Shown here in pieces: positions 62,944 to 64,000 of a stretch of DNA of 64,000 nt. Positions within the stretch are counted from its first letter, which is position 1. Every line of letters starts with the position of its first letter. The notes beneath the pieces are model-generated. The model did not search any database, had not been told where the DNA came from, and worked only from the letters and a program-made list of their open reading frames with translations. The stretch is from IMG/VR virus record IMGVR_UViG_3300046697_000072. The stretch is one strand, 5' to 3'. A program made the position numbers and the translations under genes. The stretch comes from a virus.

Positions 62944-63677
62944 ATTGCCTCCCAGTTCACACACGGTGCCAACCACTCCGTCTCACAGTGGGTGGCCAAA
63001 GACGGGATCGGACCCCACAGGGTCCGCTGCGGCTTGCAGCGCGGATACCGTCCAAGGGACTGAAGGTGCATGAACAACTCCCGATCTTGGGGATGAACGG
63101 TCCCTAGGTATGCCGAGATCCTGGCGTAGTCCCATCGCAGTGTTTCCACCCTAGCCGCGAACGTCATGCACGTAGACTCCTGCGTGCGCCAGTGGTGGCT
63201 CCCGGAATGAATAATCTGCTCTCCTCCGGGCCGATCAAAGTCTTGGCCGTTGTACCGGGCTGGGTGATCGTACAACGTTGCATAATCCGGGTGCTTCTCT
63301 TCAAAGAACTCCACCAGTTTCACCAGCGCGTCCGGGGTGTGCAGATAGTCGTCTTCCACGAAGTACACGATGTCATCGTCCGGGAAACCGGAAGTCGTAG
63401 CCAGCCGGAGGGCGTGCCGGAATGATGCCGCGTTCCCGATGGGACCACCGGATTCGTCCTTCAGAACCTCTACATCAGCGCCCGACCATAATCCACGGAG
63501 CCAATCAGGAGGGTGGTTCCCGTCGTATAGAACTCTTATTGCAACCGGAGTAGTCATCCGAGATGCTCTCTGGAGCGCTTCCATCAGACTCTTCAGACAG
63601 GCTCTTTTGGAGTACCACGCTGGCCGGTGCTTCGCCGGGTTCTCGGTCATGCACAGACGGTAGTAGATTCTCAGCAT
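62931..63677 (-). CDS. glycosyltransferase-like protein
   Basis: FVEDDYL (DxD-like) in a Rossmann-like N-half; start MLRIYY overlaps the upstream stop. Confidence 0.55.
   Translation of the reverse strand: MLRIYYRLCMTENPAKHRPAWYSKRACLKSLMEALQRASRMTTPVAIRVLYDGNHPPDWLRGLWSGADVEVLKDESGGPIGNAASFRHALRLATTSGFPDDDIVYFVEDDYLHTPDALVKLVEFFEEKHPDYATLYDHPARYNGQDFDRPGGEQIIHSGSHHWRTQESTCMTFAARVETLRWDYARISAYLGTVHPQDRELFMHLQSLGRYPRCKPQRTLWGPIPSLATHCETEWLAPCVNWEAICGE
63270..63283. repeat. iterated palindrome copy GTACAACGTTGCAT
   Basis: Internal to glycosyltransferase-like gene 62931-63677 (A-T-L-Y). Confidence 0.9.
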
Positions 63678-64000
63678 CAGAGCACCAGCTTCAACCCGGC
63701 ATCGAACGCCCGTAGCCTGTCTTCGCTCCACTGGGGGTCATGTTGGTGGCGGAACGGGTGGCTTACGAATAGGTCATGGTTCAGGCCCATAGCCGGGTTG
63801 TTTCTCAGGTTCCAGAACAGCCAGCCTGCTTTCATGGCTCGATACCCTAAGTTCGAATTGTCGTTGCCCCATTTTTGGTCCTGGTATTCATCGAAGCCGC
63901 CAAGATCTTTGAGAGCCTGAAGAGGCGCTGCGGCCCAGTCGCATTCCCAGTGCCGCCAGTCGATCATCCCGCCCCATGCCGACCGCCACTCTTCCACCAC
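63677..64000 (-). CDS. glycosyltransferase C-terminal fragment (gene continues beyond the window)
   Basis: LGGFDEYQDQKWGNDNSNLGYRAMKAGW resembles the GGFDE..WG.ED.dl..R...G motif of GT2/GT7-type enzymes. Confidence 0.55.
   Translation of the reverse strand: MVEEWRSAWGGMIDWRHWECDWAAAPLQALKDLGGFDEYQDQKWGNDNSNLGYRAMKAGWLFWNLRNNPAMGLNHDLFVSHPFRHQHDPQWSEDRLRAFDAGLKLVL

Noticed and set aside
1-64000. Search for a lysogeny module (integrase, att site, CI/Cro), lysis cassette, terminase, portal, major capsid or DNA polymerase.
   Set aside because: None is recognisable by eye in this window. They may lie outside it, so lifestyle (temperate or lytic) and virion morphology are left open.

Overview
This window looks like one continuous piece of a large, GC-rich tailed-phage or prophage genome, about 85 genes, tightly packed, with many ATGA/TAATG stop-start overlaps. 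I found no rRNA, convincing tRNA, CRISPR array, integrase, terminase, portal or major capsid gene. All family names come from motifs read by eye, not from searches.

The window has four blocks:
- **1-19.9 kb, + strand:** early, replication and recombination genes. These include a Ycf46-like AAA+ ATPase with DUF1257-like and DUF2997-like partners, an orphan NrdG-like radical-SAM activase, a pentapeptide-repeat protein, a beta clamp, an extended RecT, a PD-(D/E)XK exonuclease and an SF2 helicase.
- **20.1-29.3 kb, - strand:** a translationally coupled operon of very large Ser/Thr/Gly-rich fibre- or glycanase-like proteins. One is collagen-like, and most carry canonical Sec signal peptides.
- **29.8-37.8 kb, + strand:** a second early module with a replication initiator, DnaB, two HNH nucleases and RusA. 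It starts from a divergent control region with sigma70-like promoters.
- **37.8-64.0 kb, - strand:** a late or structural block. It holds giant proteins of 928, 1096, 567, 1549 and 1740 aa, a GNAT acetyltransferase, an inverted HNH homing-endonuclease gene, and a sugar-nucleotidyltransferase plus three-glycosyltransferase cassette.

The most striking feature belongs to no gene. A 14-bp quasi-palindrome, GT[G/C/A]CAACGTTG[G/C]AC, occurs at least 23 times, plus one 13/14 variant.
- **Placement:** it lies in both coding and non-coding DNA. It is concentrated at gene starts and upstream of three predicted promoters.
- **Reading frame:** inside genes it is almost entirely confined to two of the three reading frames.
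- **Interpretation:** I read it as a genome-wide protein-binding or modification site of unknown function.
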